This document shows, piece after piece, positions 1 through 12,720 of a DNA stretch of 45,442 nt. Origin of the DNA: Octopus bimaculoides (Eukaryota). The notes beneath the pieces are model-generated. The model ran no database searches. It saw only the letters and a program-made list of their open reading frames with translations, and was not told the origin of the DNA. The translations under genes were made by a program, and so were the position numbers. The stretch is from positions 37,529,208 to 37,574,649 of the forward strand of contig NC_068996.1 in NCBI RefSeq assembly GCF_001194135.2, written 5' to 3'. Within the stretch, counting starts at the first letter, position 1. Every line of letters starts with the position of its first letter.

Positions 1-1806
1 TTTTAAAAACATTTATAAATATAAAAGACGTACTCACAAATCATGGACAATCCCTCTGAAATATCTAGAAATTGTCTTAAAATTTGATAGTTTTTTTTTT
101 ATAATTTGTTTTCCTTCAAGCTGAAATTTGAAACTAATCTTTTGCTTTATAAACACATAAAATGTTATCATTAGCACAAATTTCTCTGTAATCTTCGATA
201 ATAAACAGAAGCATCACCACTTTCATTAAAATTTATCCTCACAAAAACAAACAAATTAATAAACAAAAAAAAAAAAAAGAAAGAGCAACATCAACAGCTC
301 AAGTTCTGATCACTTGTTATCCATTTATAAGGCACATCATATACTGAGTGCCAATTGACTATGAAACAACATTTCAAAGATGTTGCACCCATTACAGTCA
401 TTCACATAAGACCACTTTGAAGAAAAATACTTTCTCTACCAGTTTACTAACATCTTTCAGCTATTATCTTTCTGTTGAGGTGTTGAGCATTCTGTCAATT
501 TGACTGATATCACAATAGCCTCTGTTTCCCAAGAACTATTTAAAAACACTTTAATGTAACTCGACTCAATGAAGTACCTTTTCTGCTTTTCCTTCTTCAT
601 TGTATAACTAGAAAGATAAATTTCCAGGAAGCAAAAGATAGGGGCAGAAGTTTCATCTTTCATTTTCCCTTTTCATAAACTTATCTCTGTTGAACCCACT
701 CTTTGTTCATATATTATGTTTGTTTGTTTTTTAATCAGGTATTAACTAACAACAACCAACCTGCAACAATTCAAATTAAAGTCATTTAGCCATCTTGATC
801 TTTCCATTGTACAGAAGAAGCGCAAGGACGGCAAAAGCAATCACTTTTGTAACTCTAGTGTTGGTATGTGTTTGATCAAGCTCAGAGGGAAATTAAGCAA
901 AACCAAAACATGATAAAATAAGTTAAATCCAGATTCCTGGGAGACTAAATGTATTTTATTCAGCATACAATCATCTCTTCTGCTTTTCCCTAATTTCTAT
1001 TCTATTCAGACCAACTTTATTACTTTCTCTTATTAATATTTTCAGTTAAATAGACTAACTTACATTCATTAATGGTCTTCAAATACTTTTGAGCTGTGTT
1101 CCTCACTTATCTAATACTTGTCTAAATTTCTGGTTTTATACCCTCTCCACCTAAATATTAACCCCTCAGCATTCTTTCAGCTGATTATCAGATATTATTA
1201 TTAGAACTGCTTGCTATTTCAACCAACAGGACAAAAGTATTCAAATATTTGTTGTAATGAGTATTATGTAACAGAAACAAAGGCCTTTCTTTTTATAGAT
1301 GCCAGCATCTTTCAATGTTAGTCAATAAACATTAAATAAAAGGGAGACATTTATTTTTAATTTATCACTTTTACATGTTTAATTTATCACTTTCAAGAAA
1401 TCTTAGCCTTAATATTCTAATATATCAATCTGGTCCTCCGATCGTTAACACTTTTCAACCAATAGCCTGGTACGACACTGCTTCCTCCCACTATAACCAA
1501 ATTGCTCTTCTTCCTTTGAACTTGATGGTTCTATACTATAGTTTCATAGTTTCATAAATCTACTTGTATTTATTTTATACTCTAGAAATGCAGTTGTCTC
1601 AACACTCCAAATATTGCATTCCTTTGCAATCCCTTTCTTCAGTTGATATTTTTGCCTCAAGCACAGTCATATAAGAATTCAAAGTGAACAATAACTATAG
1701 TAATTTCTTCACTTCACCTGCTTCTGTCTAGTGGAGCATGAAAAGGAAGGAAGGAAGGAAAGAAGGAAGGATGGATGGTTGTTTGGTTAATTGGTTGGAT
1801 GAATGG

Positions 1807-1853
<47 letters not shown>

Positions 1854-2160
1854 GTATAGAAAGCATAACTGTGTTCTAGTTTTGTCTTTTTAATTAAAGC
1901 TTTTTGTTGTTTCATATTTTTGGTATCGGTTTCTTGTTCTTTGTTTGGAGAAGTCAAGTTCCCAAATTATCCATCATCCACATTTTTAGACCTTCACAGA
2001 CTTACCTTCAAGATGAAGTGATATTAGTGTGTATTGTTGCCTCTTATATATGATTGTTGAATACATTAGAACAAGAATTTGAACTTCTGACCATTACATT
2101 TATATGCCTTCAGTCAGGTATTTATTCTTTGCTTGTGATTACTATATGTTATCTTATGAT

Positions 2161-2560
2161 TTTTATCTTTTATTTGTTCCAGTCATTGGACTGTGGCCAT
2201 GCTGGAGCACTGCCTTGAAGTGTTTTAGTTGAATGAATCAAACCACAGTACTTATCATTTTTGAAGTCTGGTACTTATTATAGTGGACTCTTTTGCTGTA
2301 CTGCTAGCGACAGGGATGTAAACAAACCAACACTGATTGTCGAGTGGTTGTGGGGGATGAACACAGACACAAATACACACACACACACACACACAAATAC
2401 ACACACACACACACGATGGGCTTCTTTTAGTTTCTGTCTACCAAATTCAATCGCAAGGTTGATCAGATGCTATAGAAGGAGATGCTTGCCCAAGGTACCA
2501 CACAATGGGGCTGAACCTGGAACCATGTGGTTGGGAGGCAAGCTTCTTACCACACTGCTA
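2161..2560 (-). mobile_element. SINE family A
   Basis: Reverse-complement homology to 12721-13253. Confidence 0.85.
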
Positions 2561-3512
2561 CACTACTGGTCTCCCACCATCCTCTTACAACAAAGAGGCA
2601 ACAATATATGCTTATATCACTTTCATGAAGATGAGATTATGAGGGTTCCGAAACAACAATGAGGGTGTTTAAGAACTTTGTTGCTCCAAACAAACTGCTT
2701 AGAACTAATATAAAACTTTGAGAAAAGCCTTGATAAAAATGATAAAATATAAATACATTCATGTTTTAAATACATGCCTAAAAGAAAAAAAATTGCTCCT
2801 CTTATATACAATATACATATATATTATGTATACACACACATACATACGCACACATATGTATATACACACATACACACACACGTGTATATATATATATATA
2901 TATGTGCATGTGTGTGAATGTATACATGTATATATGTAGACACACATACTCACACTCTCAGAAACAAACACACACACATGCACACACATGCACACGCACA
3001 CACACAATCAATGTAAATGTACATTTGGAGGTCAACGATAAGGGTAGAACACTCAAAATATACACCTCTAGGAAAATTGTTTTACAGTTTCTGTGGTACA
3101 GTAATAAAAAGATTAAGATTCATAAACTCAGAAATATGAAGTTTAATGGGAAAGATTAAAAAAGAAAAAAAAATTATTATATTTCCAACATGACATATTT
3201 AAAAGAAGAGCTGTTCTCTACTTGTTCAAATACACTCAAGCACTCAGATATTGTCATACATAAGGAAGTATATATATCATAGCCCTGACTAAATATCTTC
3301 AGATCATTACTACTATTAATATGCAGTCATTCTCTCTCTCTCATTACTGACGTCATCTTCTAAATTACGATCTAAATATTGTTGCTGTTTAGCCCAAGGC
3401 CAATCTTACCTAATAAAACCTCAAATGAAAGGCATACTAACTATATTATTGATTGCATCCTATCTTAATGTAAGATAGTAGGGTATGATTTTAGAGAGAT
3501 TTGGTTGCTTTA

Positions 3513-3564
<52 letters not shown>

Positions 3565-3849
3565 CATATATATGGTTGATTAGCTGTGTAGAGTTCACTG
3601 TCTTTGGCTTGCTGACTATGCAAACTGTCAGAATTGTTAGCACAACAGACAACATACTTAGCAGCATTTCATCTGTCTTTACATTCTAAGTTCAAATTCT
3701 TCTCTGCGGTTGACTCTGCCTTTCATCCTTTCAGAGTCAATGAAATGTTGGGATCAATGTAATCAACAAGCCTCCACCCAACACTAATTTCAGGTCTTGT
3801 GCCAAAAGTGGAAAAGATTATTATTGTTATTATTATGATTATTATTATT

Positions 3850-4387
3850 GAGTGAGAGAGTGGTGCAAACCATCAAATATACGAAGCTCAGTATACCCAT
3901 TGTGACTACCTGTCTGACAGGATACACTAGGCACATGCACCACAACCATATGTGCATGACATGGTGATCTCATATCAAGATAAAGAGCGCATGACCTTGC
4001 AGGTGGGGGCCCACTTAGAATTTTCTTCTGGTTGAGTAGCCCATCCCGCTCAAAAGGTCCCTGAATAAGGGTTGTTTAAGGATGTTGAATGAAACACCAA
4101 TGTTTCTAGAGGTGAATAATTCAATCCCCAAAGAATTCCTCTCAACACATGGCTATAATGCTCCCCTATTACTTCTGCTCATGATCAGAGATGCACATAT
4201 CGTCAGCTACCAAAGGGCATGCTTAACTGGTTAAGGTCAAACAACTGACAAGCAAATCTGTGGTATTGAGCAGAATATTTGATATTTGGTGTAGCCCATC
4301 TTTTATATCAAGATAAAACAATGTACTTGATAACACTTCCAATCAGTTAAGATCAGAAGCCATGAGTGCCTGGTGCTCCATCAGAGC

Positions 4388-4390
<3 letters not shown>
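3850..4390. mobile_element. Interspersed repeat flanked by (ATT)n, probable retroposon 3' fragment
   Basis: GC-richer 540-bp island between two (ATT)n tracts; only one copy in the window, so the family call is from recall. Confidence 0.45.

Positions 4391-4448
<58 letters not shown>
4391..4448. repeat. (ATT)n microsatellite
   Basis: Direct inspection. Confidence 0.95.
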
Positions 4449-5534
4449 TAGTTCTATATCAGAACTGCTTGAGCAGCACTATGTCAAAGATATTCTAGCC
4501 ATGGCCAATCTGTCTTTTTGTATATCTAGGATTACCTTATCAAATGTGTCCATCCTTTTGTAAGACATTAGGATGTGATTTAAAGAATACTTGGTTGCTG
4601 TTTCTGATAGGCTGAGCAACTGCAGAGAGGCTTCTTTCCTGTCCCACTCTTTTCTACATATTTATCCTGTGGTGATATAATACATTGAATATAACCCTAC
4701 TCCAAAATTATGTAAAATATTTAAAGGTCAATTTGATCTCATCTATGATAAGGGAGATTAAATTAACTTGCCCCAATATATTTACTTCAATAGCTTACTG
4801 AAACACCACTCTTGTTTTTTGTGTTTCCAGCTACAACACAATTAATGAATGTAATCTCAGATAATGCTATGTACCTATCTTTCAGTACATATACCTACCT
4901 TTCAGTATTCCTGATAGAAGGTTGATACACATCTAATTCAGACATATTTAAACTTATTTCAGTTTTAGAAGTTATAATTTGATTTACTCCTTGCTTTTTT
5001 AGACAATTTCTAGATTAAGAACAACCAGATGAGTTTAATGTGAATTTTGAAGGCTTGATAGAGACTACTAATTGGAAGTTCTGATTATGACTAAATGTAC
5101 AGTCAGAATCTTTGATTTCCATTAGTTCTCATTCATCTATAATGTCATATATGGAGTCTCAACTATATTAAGAAGCTTGTCCAATAATAGTAGTGTGTCA
5201 TTTATGTTTATGCTCTACATATATTTAAGTTATTCAAGATCCAGTACACCTTACCTACTAGCAAGGAAACATACTCCTCCAAGCAGGAAACATACTCCTC
5301 CAAGCAGGAAACATACTCAACAACTTATAATGAAATGCCTTGCTGAAATTAGGTTTCATCCCAATAATTAAGATATATTTTCCTTCCATCAACACTTCAG
5401 ATATTTCCTAATGTATAAATGTTATGCAGAATAGTATGGCTTTCTTAGCTATTATCATATGCACATATGCTTGGCTTTTAATTTGGTGTTCCAACTATGC
5501 TACAAAACAGATATAGATAACAAGCAGATGTTGA

Positions 5535-5740
5535 TAATGATGGTTTCAAATTTTGGCACAAGGCCAGCAAGGTCAAGGGAGGGGTTAGTCAAATGCATTG
5601 ACTCCAGTGCTCAATTGGTACTTATTTTATTGATGCTCAAAAGGATGAAAGACAAAGTCAGAATTTGAACTTGGAACATAGAGATGAACAAAATGCTGCC
5701 CAGCATGCTAAGAATTCTGTCAGCTCACTGCCCTAAAGTT
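5535..5740 (-). mobile_element. SINE family B
   Basis: Same core as 25045-25257. Confidence 0.78.
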
Positions 5741-8700
5741 GTTGTTGATAATAATGTTCAGTTTGAATTGTTGAGACACAGATTGAAAGAAAATATACTT
5801 TGGGAGTGAGTTACGAAAAGAATATAGTTCTAAGACAGGGATCAAACCTAAGATTCGACCTAAGAATAGGATCTAAATAATGAAGGAAAAGATGTTTTAT
5901 GATTGATTAACCTCATTTCAACTCTGAATAAGCAGACTGTGATTAAAAGCATTCTATAGGAAACCATCCTGTCTTTTATTTAGACATAGTATATCTATGA
6001 CTTCATTATGCAGTATAAAAATACAAGATTGTGATGAGAGGACCCTTTGGCAGCAATTTTTAGAAGGTTATTATGAAGAGGTTTTTTCAGGGCTCATTGG
6101 AAAAAAAGACGTACCAAGTGAGAATGGTATAACTGTTGTGATTATAAAGGGACATCTACACCAGAATTCTAGAAATATTGTTTAAGTGACAAACAGTTAT
6201 TTAGCTTTATATATATATACGTGTATATAAATATATAATTTAGAGAAAAGAACCAAATGAACCAATTTTATGATTTTTACTTTGTATTTTAATATATTTA
6301 TATATAATATACTATGAAACTTAATTTAATTTTAATTTTTGATAAATTGAATTTAATTGAGTTTTTACCTGTAAATTTGGATTTTTATCCCTAATATTAT
6401 TATATGTATATATATNNNNNNNNNNNNNNNNNNNNNNNNNNNNNNNNNNNNNNNNNNNNNNNNNNNNNNNNNNNNNNNNNNNNNNNNNNNNNNNNNNNNN
6501 NNNNNNNNNNNNNNNNNNNNNNNNNNNNNNNNNNNNNNNNNNNNNNNNNNNNNNNNNNNNNNNNNNNNNNNNNNNNNNNNNNNNNNNNNNNNNNNNNNNN
6601 NNNNNNNNNNNNNNTATATAACCCTTGACTTAGATCAGTAGCTTCATTTTATCATACTGATTTCTCCTGCTGCTGCCCGACAATAGACAAATACTTTTCG
6701 ACTTTCACATGGGATATAATATCATCTTCAAATTAAAGATAGGAATACAAAATTTTTCCTTATGCTCCAAGATACTGAAATACACTTTCTAAATATCTAA
6801 ATTGATTGATATACCAACTGCCTTTTATTCTACAATTTCTAATCTTCTGTCCCAAGAATCAATCAAACAAGTCAGTAATTGTTTTCTTTTAATATACATA
6901 TACTGATCATATACCAAAATCTAATCCATTCTAGTGCTTAAGAAATTTGATTTAACATTTACTTTCTGTTACTAGGGTAAAGCATATAGTAAATATATGA
7001 ACCAGATGCTTTACTGTGACTAGTTTACTGTGACAACTTCAAACCGTAGTTGGATTTTGTTTTTTCATGATTTATTGAGAGATAAGAGTATCAGTGAGCT
7101 TCAGTTGGGTTGAGTTAATGAATTACACTCTTCATATTTGTGTCTAATGAGGAAATGCAGTTATGAAAAAAAAGTTTTAGCTAAACACTATCTAAAAATA
7201 CTGAGAAATCACTACTAGTTATACAACAATCAATAATTATATAATAAAAATGAAACAAGCCTAATTCTTACTAATTGTAAAGTAATTACAAAATAAAGGC
7301 TAATTCAAAACATCAATATATTGAAGAGTAACCCTTAATATCACTATAGTAACAATTACTTAGTATAAACTAAACATTAATAAACATATAGTAAACTTTA
7401 CTGGATGTATTGCAAACCACTAGCATATCCATTAGCAGATATATTACTAGTCATTTACAATATAGTAGTCTTTAATAATTATATACTAGCCATTTGTAAG
7501 TATACTGTATTGCCAATATAACTTGGCATTGTTAACTAAATAGGGGTCCATTACTAATCTTAGACTAATCATTTGTAAGTATATTCTTGTCATATAGATT
7601 CTAAATCGATAAAGAGACATAGGGATCCTAGCATACTAACCTTAGCTTTAGCATTAGTAGACATCGACTTGTCATATAGTAGTCAGTAGAAATGAAAATC
7701 AGACATTAGTAGTTATCTAGTAATACTTAATAAGATAGAAGTAAATTCAAAATTTGTGCATATGTTAGGTTCAGACATAAGTCAATAGAGTAAACAGCTT
7801 TAAAATAATAATAACGTTCATTTACAGTCTTCCCCATTTATAGATGATAAAACATCTCCATTAAACATGAATTCTTATATTAGTAAATAGACATAAATTT
7901 GTGTAGGATGGTACAGTAAATCAAACTGACCCTACTACATTACTGACATTCAATTTATTGACCTCTGTAGAGGCGAAAGGTGATCCCCCCTCCCAATAGT
8001 GGGAGTTAAAGTTCACATAAACAAGGACAAAATAAATTACTGTCTCTGCATTCCCCAATCCTCCTTTCCATTAAGAATATTATAATCCTTACCATAACTA
8101 TCACCTTTATAATCCGCATAAATCTGAAGCATTAAGATCATAATTATGAAAATGATTATATCTACATTTTTTTGCTTCGTTATCATCATTACTAATTGTG
8201 CCAATATCATTGTAATTGAAAGAAAAGTTGCATAGTTGGTGTTTCAGTATAATTTTACATAGTAAACATGAACAAAGTCCCCACCATATTGCAATAAAAA
8301 GAAAGAGCAATGCCAAAATTAATATCACTAGTATCGATACTATCACTGCCAAATTCAGACACATGCATTCTCCTTTTTATTACAATCATCTTCATTGTAC
8401 ACAGTTTTAAATCTCATTTTCTATATTAACCATTCTATTATCCTTAAAATAACTCAGTAAAAAACAGAAAATGTAATTAAAAAAAAAAATAATAACTTTC
8501 AGTGTAATTTCTATAGCTTCTACAAAGATCTAAACCAGATCACATATAAATAAAATAAAATGATCTAGAATTAAATAAGCATTTTCTCAAATAATATATG
8601 CAATAGAGTGAAAAATTTGAGAAGCTTTAAAAGTTTTCATTGCTCATCAATATTCTTTGTGTTTAAATCATTTTGCAAAGAAAATCTGTGAGAAATACAA

Positions 8701-9133
8701 GACAGAATTCCTTTTGTCAAACCATTCTTCACAAAGAACCTTGATTTTACTCAAATCAAAACAAAGCAAATCATTTATTCTTCACACATAAACTACTTAA
8801 GATGAACTCACTTTTATCAACTAAATAAGCTGAACTCACCTTCAACTAAATATATTTTCTTCTTAAGCTGACTATATGCTCACACCAGAAAGGGATTTTT
8901 CATCATATTACTACTGTTTGAATTTATAATTTAAACTTCTGAATAATGTTATTAATTTAAAGGTGTGTCAGATATGATTGAAAAAAAAAAAAAAAAAAAA
9001 AAGAAAAGAAAAGGGGGAAAAAGAAAACCCAATCATGTGCATTAATTTAAAAAAATAGTCTTCTTTTCTTTCTCTAAATCTTCTTTCATTCTTTTGTCGT
9101 GTCTCCTTATAAAAATTTCATTTAAACAATTCT

Positions 9134-9393
9134 TCAGGTAATATTTATTACATCCTGGAGATATTGTTGATGTCTGGTGGTAACTCCTACCAGTTGAGAG
9201 AATTTATCCATCAATGTATGTCCCATTTGTTGGTTTAGAATACATATGAGGTGAGTTGTTGCCCGTCTCAAGTTACAACTCCCACCTTGAACAGTAGCAC
9301 TACTGCTCACACAGTTGATAAGGTGAAGTACTAAAGGTAAAATGTACATTTCCATTTGCTTTGGTTTTAACTTGTATTCTTTTTCTACTAATT
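9134..9393 (-). CDS. TOGARAM1: TOGARAM1 last coding exon with stop (TGA)
   Basis: ctctttgcag|AA TTA GTA ... ACC TGA; (E)LVEKEYKLKPKQMEMYILPLVLHLINCVSSSATVQGGSCNLRRATTHLICILNQQMGHTLMDKFSQLVGVTTRHQQYLQDVINIT*; resembles the recalled C-terminus (KP...EQKVL..LWHLL....G.GGNIR.AT..L...L..QMG..L). Confidence 0.94.
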
Positions 9394-9777
9394 CTGCAAA
9401 GAGAATGAAAGTAAAATTTTAGTGACATATACAACCCTATGTGAATCTCTCTCTCTCTCTCTCTCTTGACAACAAAGTGTAAGCTAGGTTAAAAAACTAA
9501 TTTTCAAATTTTCTTGTAATGTACATCATAAACAATACTAAAAAAAAAGAAGGAATCAATGAGGGAGCTTATGCATGTTACTTGATCTGTTAGAGAAAAC
9601 AGCTAATGCTCCTCCAAATCACACAAAAAAATAGCTTACATTTGACAATGTTAATTGAATTGTTATGGCCGAAATGTACATGAATTTAGGTCTGCTTGCT
9701 ACAGACTCACATGGAGCTAACTAAGAACAACAACTTTAACTGATAGTAAAATACTATTATGAAAGTAAAATAAATAC

Positions 9778-9861
9778 CAGCAATTTTCGGTATAATTTCA
9801 GAACATTTTCGGGCATTGCTTGTGACTTGGTTTGTAAAAGGACGGAGTAAAATGCTTGGTT
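9778..9861 (-). CDS. TOGARAM1: TOGARAM1 penultimate exon
   Basis: ttccaatag|AA CCA ... GCT G|gtattt; 84 nt, (E)PSILLRPFTNQVTSNARKCSEIIPKIA; resembles NYLLLQPFCTKAQFLNGKAKQDMTEKLA. Confidence 0.92.
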
Positions 9862-9872
9862 CTATTGGAAAA

Positions 9873-9907
<35 letters not shown>

Positions 9908-10840
9908 ACGAATGAATAAAAGCATAAATTGAGTTTCTTACATTTAAAAATATATTTTTGATATGATAAATTTAAATTATTTGCAATAGTTGTTAATTAT
10001 GGTATTTAAATAAATTAAGACTAATCTTTACAACAAGAAATTGATGCATACATTACACACACACACACACACATTATGATATGCTATTGCATAACCATTT
10101 ATGTATCATACTTAATGTTTATACACCATTGTTAAGCCAGTCCATGTGGCATTTAGTCTGAGATAACATCTCTTATGGACATGCTGTGTTAAAAAATACT
10201 ATATATATCGATATCATTATTTCATGTGAAATCATCATTGACCTAGTGAGTAAGACATTGATGTTAGAGACAAAAGGACAAATATTGCAATTTGTATGAG
10301 CACCTTCACTGAGGAGATGGAGGCTATAACAAGGATGATGGTGGTTTCTGAGATAGAGTGAAGAAAATTGAAGTTGCAGAATTTGTTGTTCTTAGAAGTA
10401 AGAATTACTAGGTAAAAACTTTATGTATTTTATCAGTTACAAACTATGAATTATTAATTTCAAAGGCCACTGCTTCTGTAACCAAATATCAGGACCATTT
10501 CCTCCAGTGATATTTGAGACATTTGGAGAGGCTGGGCTGCTAACAGTAAAGTTCTTGTCACCGTAGGTGGCTTGCCTTACTGAGTTATTAGGTGATACTC
10601 GTGAGGGCATTTGATTGTTCCAACTCCTTAGCCTTGCCATCACCTGCAGTAATGCTAAGAGAATGTTGGCTTGCTTCAATAGGTTCTGCTGAACCTTGTG
10701 ATGCACATCCAATTGAAGCACTTAGTGCTGAATTGATGTTTTTTTCTTTCCTTCTTCCTCTTTTTCCTTCTTTTTTTTTTTTTTGTCATTCTTCACTCAT
10801 GTTTGTGTTTCCTTCAGTTTTAGATTGGTACATCTTTTAA

Positions 10841-10980
10841 GGTGCAGGCATGGCTATGTGGTAAGAAACTTTGTTTCAGTCCCACTATGTGGCACCTTGG
10901 GAAAGTGTCTTCTATTATAGCCTCAGGCCAACCAAAGCCTTGTGAGTGGATTTGGTAGAAAGAAACTGAAAGAAGCCCAT

Positions 10981-11041
<61 letters not shown>

Positions 11042-11280
11042 ATGTATATATTTGTGTGTGTGTCTCTGTGTCTGTCTCTCCCCACTGCTTGACAACTGGT
11101 GTTGGTATGTTTACATCCCTGTAACTTAGCAGTTTGGCAAAGGAGATCCGATAGAATAAGTACTAAGCTTCTAAAAAAAAAATAAAACCTAGGGTCAATT
11201 TGTTTTATTAAAAAAAAACCTTGAAGGCGGTGTCCCAGCATGCCCACAGTCAAATGATTGAAAAAGAATAAAAAATAAAA
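10841..11280 (+). mobile_element. SINE family A
   Basis: Homologous to 12721-13253 from head to tail. Confidence 0.87.
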
Positions 11281-11441
11281 GATACCATATACATACATAA
11301 TCATTAAATTCAAATCTGCAGAATTTCTTCCCAGAAAAAGTTTTTTTTTAAAAATTAATATACAAAAAAAAAAAAAAAAGGAAAAATTATAACCACAGTG
11401 AACAAAATAGCAAGAGGCAAAATATCGTCAGAGAAACTTAC

Positions 11442-11658
11442 CTAAATAATGTATTAACAAATCCAAAATTTTTATAGTGATATTGTGAATTTCAAGGTTT
11501 TTGGAGGATAAGTTGGTGCTAACATAGTTCACAGTTAAGTTGATAACTTGTCCCATCGATGGGTAAATGATTGGTATCACATCAAGTAATATCTTTAAAG
11601 CTAGTAAATTCACTTTACTATTGGCATCCTGTAGCCGTGGCAAAAAGTTATCAAAGAT
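11442..11658 (-). CDS. TOGARAM1: TOGARAM1 TOG4 exon
   Basis: ttcgacag|ATC TTT ... TTA G|gtaagt; 217 nt, IFDNFLPRLQDANSKVNLLALKILLDVIPIIYPSMGQVINLTVNYVSTNLSSKNLEIHNITIKILDLLIHYL; hallmark RL.D.NSKVN and NL.SKN motifs. Confidence 0.95.
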
Positions 11659-11719
11659 CTGTCGAAAGATTTAAACAAAATGTTTACTTGCAATACTAAC
11701 TGAAATTTATGATTAGCTT

Positions 11720-11733
11720 TCATTTCTTTCTTT

Positions 11734-11773
<40 letters not shown>

Positions 11774-12070
11774 TTTTTCTTTCCTTCCTTCATTTCTTTC
11801 TTTCTTCCTTTCTTTCTTTCTCTGTGTGTGTGTGTGTGTGTATGTGTGCGAGTGTAAGTGTATGCGAGTGTAAGTGTATGCATGTGAGTGTGTGTGTGTA
11901 TGTGTGTGCGTGTGTGTATGTGTGAGCATGTACACGTGCATGTGAGCATGTATGTGTGTGTGTGTGTGTGTGTGTATGAATATGTACATGTGCACGAGTA
12001 TGTCAGAATATGTACATGTGTGTGAATGTGTGTGAGTGTGTGTGTGAGTATGTGTGGGTATGTGTGTATG
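11720..12070. repeat. Compound (TTTC)n + (TG)n microsatellite
   Basis: Direct inspection. Confidence 0.9.
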
Positions 12071-12369
12071 TGAAAAATATGTGTAATTAAATAAAACTGG
12101 TCTTTTGTCAAACACCATTAATTAAAAATACAAGTAAATTTTGATAATACTGAAAATATTGCAAAAAGAAAAAGAAAAAAACAGTAACTTTGAAATGTCA
12201 GACACCTAACCCCATAAGTATACATTGTTTTGGGAATAATGAACCTCCATACAGCCATGAAATTAATTAAGAAAATACTACTTGTGTGCTTATAAAGCTT
12301 CAGCTTTAAAAAACATTGCAAATATAGAAATAAATACAATTAGATAAAATTTGTTCTAAAAATATAGGC

Positions 12370-12682
12370 CAATGGTTCCCAAACTTTTCAGGCTGCCACC
12401 CCCTTGACACCCAGGCCACATTCCTAGTGCCCCCACCCAAACTAACCATCACAAGCCTAGACCTCTTTGTCAAATAAGTTCAAAGCAACTGTATTTCACA
12501 AATAAAACTTAACCTAATGAACCCATTATTTTGTTGTTTTTTACATGAATTGCTACCCCATTACCACCCCACTTTTTACATGAATAACTACCCCTTTATC
12601 GCCCCACTCTTCTTCAACGCCCTCTTGGAACTTTCCATTCCCCCAGGGGGGAGGGCAATACTGCCCACTTTGGTAACCACTG
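12370..12682. mobile_element. hAT (Charlie-like) MITE
   Basis: TIRs caatggttcccaaa and tttggtaaccactg; 8-bp TSD atataggc / acataggc (7/8, central TA). Confidence 0.85.
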
Positions 12683-12720
12683 ACATAGGCCAATAGCTTA
12701 ATAAACATATTACAATAACA

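Noticed and set aside
1996-2077. Candidate minus-strand exon with strong GTAAGT donor
   Set aside because: Poor acceptor; lies within the left arm of the 1854-2773 inverted repeat.
5177-5371. ORF with SRKHTPP repeats
   Set aside because: Produced by a 21-bp tandem repeat; no splice or homology support.
5997-6185. 62-aa plus-strand ORF (MTSLCSIK...)
   Set aside because: No recognisable motif or partner exons; short ORFs of this length are expected by chance.
7260-8400. Possible NUMT or alternative-genetic-code sequence
   Set aside because: Segments I translated gave no mitochondrial protein or rRNA motif and no long frame with TGA read as Trp.
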